NCBI GenBank assembly: GCA_963837465.1
Contig: CAWINB010000004.1
Location: forward strand, 330,853-394,852
Length of the DNA stretch: 64,000 nucleotides
Origin: Candidatus Doudnabacteria bacterium
GTDB lineage: Bacteria; Patescibacteriota; Doudnabacteria; UBA920
Direction of reading: 5' to 3'
The notes under the pieces are model-generated. The model was not told the origin of the DNA, made no database searches, and worked only from the letters and a program-made list of their open reading frames with translations. Every line of letters starts with the position of its first letter. The stretch's first letter is position 1. This document shows positions 30,674-39,632 of the stretch, one piece after another. The position numbers were made by a program, and so were the translations under genes.

Positions 30674-31717
30674 TTGTTAAAAGTCATTTTTATAAGTTTA
30701 ATTATGAAAACGCAATTAAAAATAAGTTACGAGGAAATCATTTCACTCGAAAATTTGTTTGCCGCCTGGCAGGAGTTTTTGCCGGGCAAGAGAAAAAAGA
30801 AAGACGTGCAGGAATTTGGCCTTAGGCTTGCTGATAACATTTTACAGCTTCAGGAGGAACTTGCCAATTTTAGCTATATCCACGGCCCATACAAGGCCTT
30901 TAACATTTCTGACCCCAAGCCGAGGAATATCCATAAGGCAAGCGTTCGGGACAGAGTTTTACATCACGCCATTTACCGCAAACTATATCCGTTTTTCGAC
31001 AAAACTTTTATCGGCAGTTCGTATTCCTGCCGTTTGGACAAAGGAGTTCACAAGGCTTTGAATAAGTTTAGGGCATTGGCGTTTAAAGCAAGTAAAAATC
31101 ATACGCAAACAGCTTGGGTGCTCAAGTGTGATATTAAAAAGTTTTTCGCCAGCATTGACCATGCAAAACTGCTGAAAATTTTATCAGCTTACGTTCCCGA
31201 TAAAAATATTCTTTGGGTTTTAGAGCGAATTATTTATAGCTTTGATTATAAGGTAGCAGGCCGCGGCCTCCCGCTTGGCAACCTGACCTCCCAATTATTT
31301 TGCAACGTATATATGAACGAATTTGACCAATTCATAAAACACAAACTCAAGGCCAAATATTATATCCGTTATGCTGATGATTTTGTTTTTTTATCGGGTA
31401 GCAAGGACGAGCTAATATCCTTAGTTCCTAAAGTAGCCGAGTTTTTAGGAGAGGACTTAAAACTGTCTTTGCATCCGGATAAAGTTTTTATAAAGACCTT
31501 GGCCTCGGGCGTGGACTTCCTGGGCTGGGTGCATTTCCCTCATTACCGGGTTCTAAGAAAAAATACCGGCAGAAGAATGTTCAAACGAATTTACGGCCAT
31601 CCAACAAATGAAACATTCCAGTCATATTTAGGGTTAATGAGCCACGGAAATACTTACGGGCTTAAACAAAAATTGTTGAATTGGTATGGGTTACTTAAAA
31701 CAGCACAGCAGGAATAG
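30674..31717 (+). CDS. DGR reverse transcriptase
   Basis: RT motifs include YIRYADDFVFL (YADD). Motif 4 is LGNLTSQLFCNVYMN, the IGxxxSQ-like feature characteristic of DGR RTs. Also SDPKPRNIHKASVRDRVLHHA. The probable start is the Met at 30704. Confidence 0.85.
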   Translation: MLKVIFISLIMKTQLKISYEEIISLENLFAAWQEFLPGKRKKKDVQEFGLRLADNILQLQEELANFSYIHGPYKAFNISDPKPRNIHKASVRDRVLHHAIYRKLYPFFDKTFIGSSYSCRLDKGVHKALNKFRALAFKASKNHTQTAWVLKCDIKKFFASIDHAKLLKILSAYVPDKNILWVLERIIYSFDYKVAGRGLPLGNLTSQLFCNVYMNEFDQFIKHKLKAKYYIRYADDFVFLSGSKDELISLVPKVAEFLGEDLKLSLHPDKVFIKTLASGVDFLGWVHFPHYRVLRKNTGRRMFKRIYGHPTNETFQSYLGLMSHGNTYGLKQKLLNWYGLLKTAQQE

Positions 31718-31786
31718 AAAAGGCCACGTTGCTGGAACGTGGCCCCCGTCTTAATGTGACGACGGATTGAGTGGCTGCTTGCGGGA

Positions 31787-32353
31787 TTACCGACTGACGT
31801 AGGCGAACTGGCCTTCCTGCACCGGCTTGCGTTCGGTAGCGCCGACCAGCGAAGCGACAGTCATGCGCATACCCACCGGCAGATTTTGGAGGAGTGTGGC
31901 ATGGCCGCCTTTGAAGCGGATTGCATCGCGGTAGTTGTTGACCCGCTCGCTGAGCTGATCGAACGTCGCTTCCTGCGGTTTTCCATTGCCTTTGTTGAGA
32001 TTCAACTTGGCTCCGGGTGGAACGCAGATGGCGCAGACAACGGGCGGGTTATTGCTGGTGACAGCTTGTTTGATTTTAGCCACCACACCCGTTTCATTAC
32101 GAACCGACTGCCACGCCTGAAAGGCGTTTAAGTCAGCTACGGAGGCCAGACCGATTGTGCCTGTGCCGAAGCGGTGAGTAACGAGTTCCTCACCCTCTTG
32201 AGCCAGACGGTTATTGACTCCCATCAAGGAGTAGTCGCACATAGGGTTAAACCCTCTTTCCAATTGGATTTTCAAGGTCATGACAGCACCATGAATTATC
32301 CAAATCATAAACGAACAGAGAGAGAGAGAGTCAATAGAGGATTTTTTATGCAA
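31787..32353 (-). CDS. hypothetical protein, high-GC (foreign composition)
   Basis: 188-aa ORF. The probable start is the internal Met at about 32283. No recognisable motif. Confidence 0.3.
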   Translation of the reverse strand: MHKKSSIDSLSLCSFMIWIIHGAVMTLKIQLERGFNPMCDYSLMGVNNRLAQEGEELVTHRFGTGTIGLASVADLNAFQAWQSVRNETGVVAKIKQAVTSNNPPVVCAICVPPGAKLNLNKGNGKPQEATFDQLSERVNNYRDAIRFKGGHATLLQNLPVGMRMTVASLVGATERKPVQEGQFAYVSR

Positions 32354-32549
32354 GGTCGCTAAAAAAATTGATTTTTGCTAAAATATAGTAAACACTACGG
32401 GTCGATTTATAAAAAATTTATGCCGGACTATAATCACCTGCTTGTAACAACCCAAGCTAAAAGCAAAAGGCCAAAATGGTGGTGGATAGTAATTGTTATT
32501 TTTGCAGTTTTGATAGTAATTGTGCTATTAAAAAAATAATTTTATAACT

Positions 32550-33200
32550 ATGGAAACTGAAACCCGTTCTACCCCCCCCCATACCTCTTCCGAGAACCCA
32601 GACACTTGGGTCAAAGACACCACCCAAGCTATGAGGAAGCCTGGCGGCAGGGACTTGGCCGACTACAAGGAATTTTTAGGATTTACCGAAAATGAGCTTG
32701 CAGGCAAGACAATTTTAGATTTGGGTTCGGGTTCAAAAGAAAAATTATCACGCCAGCTAAAGGAAGCCGGCGTTGTTGCTAATGTAGTTAGTCTGAACCC
32801 GGATTATACCATTCCTAAGTATAGGCGCATTATAAACAACGAGGAAGACTGGCAGAAAAAATCCGTAGCCGCCTTAGCCCAAAGCCTGCCTTTTAAGGAT
32901 GGCAGCTTTGACAGTGTTTTATCTTTGGAAGCCATAACGATGTATGAGGATGCTTTTGAAAAACCGGACAGTGCCAAAAAATGGGCGGCAGAAATAGCAA
33001 GGGTCTTAAAACCCGGCGGCGAAGCAAGGCTGGGAGAAATTTTGGGTTTCAAAGGTGAACTAAAGCAACAGGCTTGGCAGGAGCTGGTTAGGCTTTTTGC
33101 GGATTTAGGCGTAGAGGCAAGAATTGAGCAATTTAAAATCAGGGAAACAAACCCGATGCCGAGATTTAGGTTGGTTCTGAAAAAATCTTTAATCCAATAA
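32550..33200 (+). CDS. class I SAM-dependent methyltransferase with C9 homopolymer tract near 5' end
   Basis: ILDLGSGSKEK motif I and LKPGGEARL. A C9 run at 32572-32580 lies within the N-terminal extension. Confidence 0.6.
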   Translation: METETRSTPPHTSSENPDTWVKDTTQAMRKPGGRDLADYKEFLGFTENELAGKTILDLGSGSKEKLSRQLKEAGVVANVVSLNPDYTIPKYRRIINNEEDWQKKSVAALAQSLPFKDGSFDSVLSLEAITMYEDAFEKPDSAKKWAAEIARVLKPGGEARLGEILGFKGELKQQAWQELVRLFADLGVEARIEQFKIRETNPMPRFRLVLKKSLIQ

Positions 33201-33222
33201 TTAACCATTAACCTTTTTATTT

Positions 33223-33657
33223 ATGACAGAAATCAAAAGAAATTTTGAGGATGAACCCACTCGCCAAGAGCGTGATCCTCAACATTTAGAAGTAAAGCGT
33301 TTGTTTGAATCCTTAGCAGCCCAACACGGCACTGGGATTATGCTTAAGTATATTGAAAGTGTTACCGATGTTGCTCCCAAAGTGGCGTCCGAATGGTTTG
33401 AAGGTCATCGTCATCCCAGCTCAGGTATTCGCAAGGCTATCCTTAACTGCTTGCGGAATTTTAAGCATGAAGATTTACCCAAGCAACCGGAACATATAAA
33501 AGCTCCGCTGGCTACCAGTCAGCCAAAAGAAAATAAACAAATTCCAACAAGACAGCCAAGGCCGCAGGAGCAGAAAAAACAGGAAACCATTGCAAAAAAT
33601 GAAGCTGAGCTTAAAGCCATAATGGATAGGGCAAGGGAAAAGGGGCAAATAACTTAG
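33223..33657 (+). CDS. hypothetical protein
   Basis: 144 aa, charged and helical. Confidence 0.3.
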   Translation: MTEIKRNFEDEPTRQERDPQHLEVKRLFESLAAQHGTGIMLKYIESVTDVAPKVASEWFEGHRHPSSGIRKAILNCLRNFKHEDLPKQPEHIKAPLATSQPKENKQIPTRQPRPQEQKKQETIAKNEAELKAIMDRAREKGQIT

Positions 33658-33690
33658 TTTTTTATAGATTTATTGGTCTTTATATAGGAC

Positions 33691-33719
33691 TTGACAATGT
33701 GGTGTTTACCATATACAAT
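33691..33719 (+). promoter_or_regulatory. sigma70-type promoter (TTGACA-17-TACAAT) for brnTA
   Basis: Consensus -35, a 17-nt spacer and a near-consensus -10, located 7 nt upstream of the brnT start. Confidence 0.5.
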
Positions 33720-33725
33720 TGAAGT

Positions 33726-34040
33726 ATGGATTTCATATTAAACAATTTTGAGGGTTTTGAGTGGGATGAGGGGAACGAACAAAAGAGCTTTTTGAAACAT
33801 GGCATTACGCCATTGGAAGCGGAAGAAGCATTTTTTAACCCCAATTTTATATCAGCTGATCCTGTCCATAGCCAGAGCGAAAAGCGTTACCGCTTATTGG
33901 GCAGAACTAACAGTAGTAAAGTTTTAATAATAGCTTTTACAATAAGAAGTAACAAAGCGAGAGTTATCTCTTCGCGATTAGCCAATAAAAAAGAAAGGAC
34001 ATTATATGACCAAGCAGTTAAAGCCAATTCCCAAATTTAA
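33726..34040 (+). CDS. brnT: BrnT-family (DUF497) toxin
   Basis: FEWDEGNEQKSFLKHGITPLEAEEAFFNP matches the BrnT signature. It overlaps the downstream antitoxin gene. Confidence 0.7.
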   Translation: MDFILNNFEGFEWDEGNEQKSFLKHGITPLEAEEAFFNPNFISADPVHSQSEKRYRLLGRTNSSKVLIIAFTIRSNKARVISSRLANKKERTLYDQAVKANSQI

Positions 34041-34272
34041 GACTGAAGCCGAAGAAGCCAAGTTTTGGAATAGCCACGACTCTACCCAGTATATTGACTG
34101 GTTAAAAGCCCCGCGTGGCGTTTTTCCTAACCTAAAACCATCTTCTCAATCTGTTTCACTTCGCATTCCAGCCAACATATTAGCTCGCATTAAAGTGCAA
34201 GCCAATCAGTTAGACGTGCCTTATCAATCTTTGATGAAGCAGTATATTGCTAACGGTGTAATGAAGAATTAA
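34006..34272 (+). CDS. brnA: BrnA-family antitoxin
   Basis: FWNSHDSTQYIDW...SLRIPANILARIK, with an RHH-like C-terminus typical of BrnA. Confidence 0.65.
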   Translation: MTKQLKPIPKFKTEAEEAKFWNSHDSTQYIDWLKAPRGVFPNLKPSSQSVSLRIPANILARIKVQANQLDVPYQSLMKQYIANGVMKN

Positions 34273-34584
34273 ATGCAATGGGCAGTATAAGACATATTGA
34301 CGCAGGTCATCCGGATGAGTGGTATAAGGACAGGTTTATGGTCACATTTACCGAGGAAGGTATAATGGATCTGAGGTACCAAGATTGGGTTGGCGGCAGG
34401 ATGGAAGTGTATGTTGTGGGAGAGCAGTATGCAATAGATGAAATTCGGTTTTTTTACCCCAAACACATTAGAATGGATAAACTTTAGGGAGCAATATGAT
34501 GGCAAGTGGTTAGATAAAACTGCATTTGAAGACGTAGTGGAAACGGTAAAGAAAAGGTTTTACACCAAACCAGAAAGCAGAATT

Positions 34585-34680
34585 TAACAATTAAATTGAT
34601 CTTTTAAATTTTTAATACAGTAGTAGTTTGTCAGGCAATTTCCGTTTACAACGGCTCAGAAACACCTCCTTTCTAAGGAA
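34585..34680 (+). repeat. right arm type 1 plus att core copy 2 (RA at 34585-34662, core at 34663-34680)
   Basis: About 78 bp (aattgatcttttaaatttttaatacagtagtagtttgtcaggcaatttccgtttacaacggctcagaaa) identical to 51783-51858, followed by cacctcctttctaaggaa. Confidence 0.75.
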
Positions 34681-34942
34681 TAAATATGCAGCCTTAAACT
34701 TTTCGAAGTTTATGTTGTTGCACATTCCAGTGGTCGTCATCTTCTATTTCGATAGAAGGTGCACATACTCTAACGATTGAACGTAAACGAACGGTTTTGT
34801 AAAAGGTAATTCTACCCTTATTTTCGCAAGATTATAAGGAGTCTCAACGCCTTAAATGTTGGGAGTCACTATTTAGCCGTTAAGGGAACTTAACGAAATT
34901 GCAAATAAAAGCCTCGTCATCAGCAATGATAACGAGGTTTTT

Positions 34943-35929
34943 ATGTATGAGGTTAATTCGGTAGAAAGAGTCGCAAAAGGTGGAATTGCGGCGACAGTCA
35001 GCCCCGCCGCTCCTATCGGCACAAAGATTAGCACTTTGGTGCCGCAATTCTTGGCTTATGGCCAGTATGACCTGTCCTTTGCCGCAGGCACCATAGAGAA
35101 ATACCGCGATAGCCTAAACGTCTTTATGCGGGACGTTGGGGATTTGCCCGTAGAGGAATTAAACTTTGGGCATTTTACTTTGCTGAAACAAAAAATTATG
35201 GAAAGGGGGTCGGGGGTCTCACGCATAGCGGGCGTGGTCTTTGCGATGAAAAGTATGTTAAAGTTTGCTACCGACGTATTGGAGATGCAGATTTTGGATT
35301 ATAAGAAAATCAGAGCGCCGAAGCGGCGCAGGCGGGACGTAGTTTATTTAACCAATGCCGAAATCCAGCAGTTCGTTGACAGCATAAAGTTTGAAAAATG
35401 CTGGACGGGCAATACCCGTAAAAAGGGCATCAGCGTCCACCGCCTGAGGTTTCGGACTTTGGTTGAAGTCTTGCTTGGCACGGGGATGCGTATAAGCGAA
35501 GCATTGTCGCTTACAAGGGATGTTATAAACTTTGAAAAAGGCGAGGCTAAGATAATCGGCAAAGGAAGCAAGGAGCGCACAGTGTTTTTTAACGAACGGG
35601 CTTTGTATTGGATTAAGTTTTATTTGGAACAGAGAAACGACGACAATCCCGTTATATTTTTAAACCGAAAAGGCAAGCCGCTGGACAGGGGCGATGCCGA
35701 TACTTTGTTTAAGCGTTACGCAGAAAGGTCAGGTATAACTAAAAAATTAACGCCGCACATTTTGCGGCACACGATGGCGACGAATCTGCTTTTTAACGGA
35801 TGCCCGATTGGCCATATTAAGGAAATCCTCGGACACGACCGATTAGAGACAACTTGTCGTTATTATTTGGGCTTAGACAAAGATAAAGCTAAAGAAGCCC
35901 ACGGCCAATTTTTAAATTACGAACAATAA
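34943..35929 (+). CDS. tyrosine recombinase/integrase (class A)
   Basis: 328 aa. The C-terminal catalytic half is near-identical in pattern to the 18138 and 47997 integrases. Confidence 0.85.
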   Translation: MYEVNSVERVAKGGIAATVSPAAPIGTKISTLVPQFLAYGQYDLSFAAGTIEKYRDSLNVFMRDVGDLPVEELNFGHFTLLKQKIMERGSGVSRIAGVVFAMKSMLKFATDVLEMQILDYKKIRAPKRRRRDVVYLTNAEIQQFVDSIKFEKCWTGNTRKKGISVHRLRFRTLVEVLLGTGMRISEALSLTRDVINFEKGEAKIIGKGSKERTVFFNERALYWIKFYLEQRNDDNPVIFLNRKGKPLDRGDADTLFKRYAERSGITKKLTPHILRHTMATNLLFNGCPIGHIKEILGHDRLETTCRYYLGLDKDKAKEAHGQFLNYEQ

Positions 35930-35934
35930 GGCCT

Positions 35935-36690
35935 CTAAACAAGCTGGTGATAAATCGTCGCTGTAATTGTTCCAGCATCAAGCATAACAATAATCTGCTC
36001 GCAAGCATTTTTGAAATCGCCGAAGAAGTCTTCTGCAACTAAAATTAAGTTACCTTTTTGGTCAGAAGATAGATTTTGTTTATTATAGATGCGCTCGGAG
36101 AGAATGATTGTCTGATGTGGCAGAGTATAGTGATTAACACCACACCTGAGTTCTTTATAAAGCCTGTCCTTGTAAGGCTGGTATGATGGCGGAAAGAGTT
36201 TGTCTATGGCATTTTTAAATCTGTTGCCGCTTTCCCTGTCCACAAAAAAAGAATTGCTGGTATCAAGGAATGTTCCCAATAATTCTACCCCAGCCATCAT
36301 CAAACTCCAAGAATAAAACGGGTGCTTCTGAACAATATCTTGGGTTTGGCTTATTAAGTCCTGCAATATTTGTTTTTGAGACATTGCATTCGCAGGCGCT
36401 GGTATGGAGCCTATGGAAAAGCTCTGCGTGCCAGCTGTAGAATGGGCGAGCGCAAAACCTACGGTGGTTCCAGAAGAAGATAGACCAGCCGCTACTGTTG
36501 TTCCGCTAAAACCGCCTATTGGCTGATTTAAAGCAGGTGCTGGTTTATTGGATGTTTGAGTTTCGGGTTCTGTTAAAAATTTGTTTTTTAGTTTGAAATA
36601 AAGAACTATAAGCAGAGCCGCTACCAAAATTGCAAAAACTGTCCATCCAAAAATTAGCACTATAAATTTTATCAGACCCCAGATAATCAT
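35935..36690 (-). CDS. membrane-anchored hypothetical protein
   Basis: 251 aa with an N-terminal TM helix, a Gly/Ser/Thr-rich linker and a C-terminal globular domain. Confidence 0.4.
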   Translation of the reverse strand: MIIWGLIKFIVLIFGWTVFAILVAALLIVLYFKLKNKFLTEPETQTSNKPAPALNQPIGGFSGTTVAAGLSSSGTTVGFALAHSTAGTQSFSIGSIPAPANAMSQKQILQDLISQTQDIVQKHPFYSWSLMMAGVELLGTFLDTSNSFFVDRESGNRFKNAIDKLFPPSYQPYKDRLYKELRCGVNHYTLPHQTIILSERIYNKQNLSSDQKGNLILVAEDFFGDFKNACEQIIVMLDAGTITATIYHQLV

Positions 36691-37187
36691 ATAATTTAAT
36701 TTGTTTCTTTAATTATACTCGCTTTGCCTATTATTGCCATTGGTTGCGGATAACCCGATAGACATTTTATTTTGAATCCTTTAGAGTCGAGTTGAAATTA
36801 AACAACTTGGCTATGAAATTTAAAAATCGGGCAGAAAAAATGGAATGGCTAAAAGCCACAGGGCAGAAGATACAGCAAATGGCGCACGACCGCCGAATCG
36901 CCATTGTGCGGGGCGAGTTTGGCCGAGCCTATGACTTGCTACGTGGTATAAACTTCGCCCGCCGAGAATTTAAGAAAATTAGCGAATCGCTAAGGCCTCA
37001 CTAATAATTATATTTTACCGTCCGTGAGATTAAGCGGGCTGTTCGTAATAGATATAAAAAATTGAGAGAAAAAAAATTGGAAAATTAGTGTCACACCTTT
37101 GATGACCGCAATCGAGTTGTGAGATAAAATTGTAGATACATAAAGAGTATCTATTTTTTTATGTAAATTTAGAAAATTATTTAGGCC

Positions 37188-38048
37188 GTGGAAACGGCCA
37201 GAAAGGTAAGTATGAAAGATTTTAAGATAGTCCCCGATGAATTACAAGACCGCCTTATCAGCGGCGAAATAAATATCAAAAATTGGATGGTGGCAATATG
37301 GATATATGTAAACACCAACCGATTTAATGGTTATTGCGTAACCAGCTATCAGGAAATCGCCAGCATCTTCAAAGGGTTGATAGAAGAAAGTAATGCCAGA
37401 ACCATTTTCCGCAAATTGCGCCACCTGAAAATAATAACATTTAAAAATCATAAGGGAGTGGCGGGCAAGTTTAAAGTTTGGCCGAATAAAATAATAATGT
37501 ATAACAAAAAAATTCAGTTGGTAGTTGGCGAGCAGGGAGAAGTTAAGCGTATAGGTAACGGCGACAAAAAAGATGACGACCTTGACCCACCTTCCGAGCT
37601 AGACCATTCACAGCTTACAGCCGAAATTCACAACCTAAATGATGGCAAAGCCCCTGAACTATTGCCAGAAAGCGACCCTATAAATAGTAGAATTCACAAC
37701 CACCAAGAGAGAGAGTCAGAGTCAGATGAAGATTCATATAACGATACGAACGATGCTTTGCCTGAAGGCAAAGCTCTCTCAATCTACATTGCTATGAAAT
37801 TAGGAGAACCCAATGTCGCCACTATAGAGGCATTAGAAAAACAGTATAGCCCTGAACAAATGCTAGAAGCTTTGGAGTCTACTTTAAGACGGGCAAAAAG
37901 AAAGGGCGGCGATGATGATAGCTATGTGGAAAATCCCGCCGCTTATTTTACCACCACATTAAAGCAGATGAAGAAATTAGAGGAGATGGATAAAACACGT
38001 GATGATTCTTGGATGCTTAATTTTCCTAAAGCCGACAGCAACCAATAA
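37188..38048 (+). CDS. hypothetical wHTH/acidic protein (possible replication or partition adaptor)
   Basis: 286 aa with an N-terminal winged-helix-like region and a long acidic low-complexity centre. Confidence 0.3.
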   Translation: METARKVSMKDFKIVPDELQDRLISGEINIKNWMVAIWIYVNTNRFNGYCVTSYQEIASIFKGLIEESNARTIFRKLRHLKIITFKNHKGVAGKFKVWPNKIIMYNKKIQLVVGEQGEVKRIGNGDKKDDDLDPPSELDHSQLTAEIHNLNDGKAPELLPESDPINSRIHNHQERESESDEDSYNDTNDALPEGKALSIYIAMKLGEPNVATIEALEKQYSPEQMLEALESTLRRAKRKGGDDDSYVENPAAYFTTTLKQMKKLEEMDKTRDDSWMLNFPKADSNQ

Positions 38049-38582
38049 AGTTTAATTTAATTATTCATTTAGAAAGGAGTAATATGTAACATCCAACATT
38101 TATTAGGGGTTCCCGCCGCTGAAACCCGCACAAATAAAAAAGCCCACCCGTGGAAGGACTAGGCTTTTCAGTGGCAACACATTAACAACTAATTTTCGTT
38201 AACGGCTCTGCCTATTTATATTATAGGCGAGCTGGCGAAAAAAGCAAGAAAGGCCAAAATGCCAAAAACAGCAATAAGTAAAGTATCACCCAACCATAAG
38301 GAACTTCTAAAAAATTATAACCAGCAAAAAGTGGAACTTCATCAAGCGTTGAAACTTTTAATCGTTTGCAGTGATTCCTTAGATTCTGCAATAGATGGGA
38401 TAATAGATGCAACGATGGATGTTCTGGCCAAAGCTGAAGAGGAATGTCGTATGGAGTTCCAAACAGTAAATAAGTAAGATTGGTAGTTTTATTCAGAAAT
38501 TTAATAAATAATTTTCGTTTCGCCTCCCGCCCGCATTTCTAATCGGGCGAGAGGCGGCGAAAAAGACTAAGGAAATTATAAA

Positions 38583-39614
38583 ATGCAAAATACAGCAGTA
38601 GCAACTATGAACCCGCCTATGCTGGCGGTTGCAGAAGACTTGTCGCCGATAGAAATTGTCTATTTGGCCACAAGCGAGATTCGGCCTGATAAAAATCAGC
38701 CCCGTAAATCTCTAGACAGTAAGAAAATTAAGGAAATGGCGGAAAGCATTAAGGCCGTTCGGGGGATTATAAATCCCATCGAAGTCGACCAAGACTATAT
38801 TATTGTTACGGGACAGCTCCGCTGGGAAGCCGCTAAGGTGGCGGGGTTAGAAAAAGTGCCGTGCAAAATAATAGAAATCAGCGATGAGGAGCGCTTCCGC
38901 AGGCAAGTAGTGGAAAACTTGCACCACAACGTGATGAGCGATATGGATATTGCTAAAGCATTTGCTAAGATGCTTAACATTCTACCTGGTAGCAGGTTGC
39001 AGGGAAAAGACGCTGGCCTTAGCCGCTTGGCTGAAGATATTGGTAAAAGCGTGGACTACATCAGCCAGCATTTAGACCGATTGGAAGACTCTGGGCGCAT
39101 TCAGGAAGCTTTGAGTTCGGGAAAAATTTCTTTTACCCACGCAAGAGAGACAAAGAAAGTTCCCGCTGGCTTCAGGGAAGCCGTAGAGAAAAAAATGCTG
39201 GCGGGCGAGTTTCCCCATAGCGGTTCCATAGCGGAATTGGCTAAAGGCTTAAAGAGGAATCCAGATAAAGCCGACCAAATTTTGGCATTTAATTTTACGG
39301 AGTTAAAGTCGCCTGAGGAAGTTAAACAGGCAGTATCCAAAATTGCATCTCCTGCGGCGGATGCTTCGGGGGCAGTAGAGGAATTCAATAGAATTATAAA
39401 TGGGCTTATGCACTGGCTTGAAAACACCCCGTCGTCCTATGCCGCTGAACACCCCGAATTGAAAATCAACCAAACGCTAACCAAGCTCGGCAAGGAGATT
39501 AAGAAATGGCTGAAAAATCTGAAAGAATTTCAGGCTCGAGCGGAAGTTAAGGGGCAGACGATGTTGGATATGGATATCCCCGAAATAACAGTAGATGATA
39601 TCCCCGAATTCTAA
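38583..39614 (+). CDS. ParB/Srx-like N-terminal-domain protein (ParB-like nuclease/partition protein)
   Basis: KNQPRKSLDSKKIKEMAESIKAVRGIINPIEVD...VTGQLRWEAAKVAGLEKVPCKII, the ParB N-terminal domain motifs. Confidence 0.7.
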   Translation: MQNTAVATMNPPMLAVAEDLSPIEIVYLATSEIRPDKNQPRKSLDSKKIKEMAESIKAVRGIINPIEVDQDYIIVTGQLRWEAAKVAGLEKVPCKIIEISDEERFRRQVVENLHHNVMSDMDIAKAFAKMLNILPGSRLQGKDAGLSRLAEDIGKSVDYISQHLDRLEDSGRIQEALSSGKISFTHARETKKVPAGFREAVEKKMLAGEFPHSGSIAELAKGLKRNPDKADQILAFNFTELKSPEEVKQAVSKIASPAADASGAVEEFNRIINGLMHWLENTPSSYAAEHPELKINQTLTKLGKEIKKWLKNLKEFQARAEVKGQTMLDMDIPEITVDDIPEF

Positions 39615-39632
39615 AATTAAAGACATAACCAT

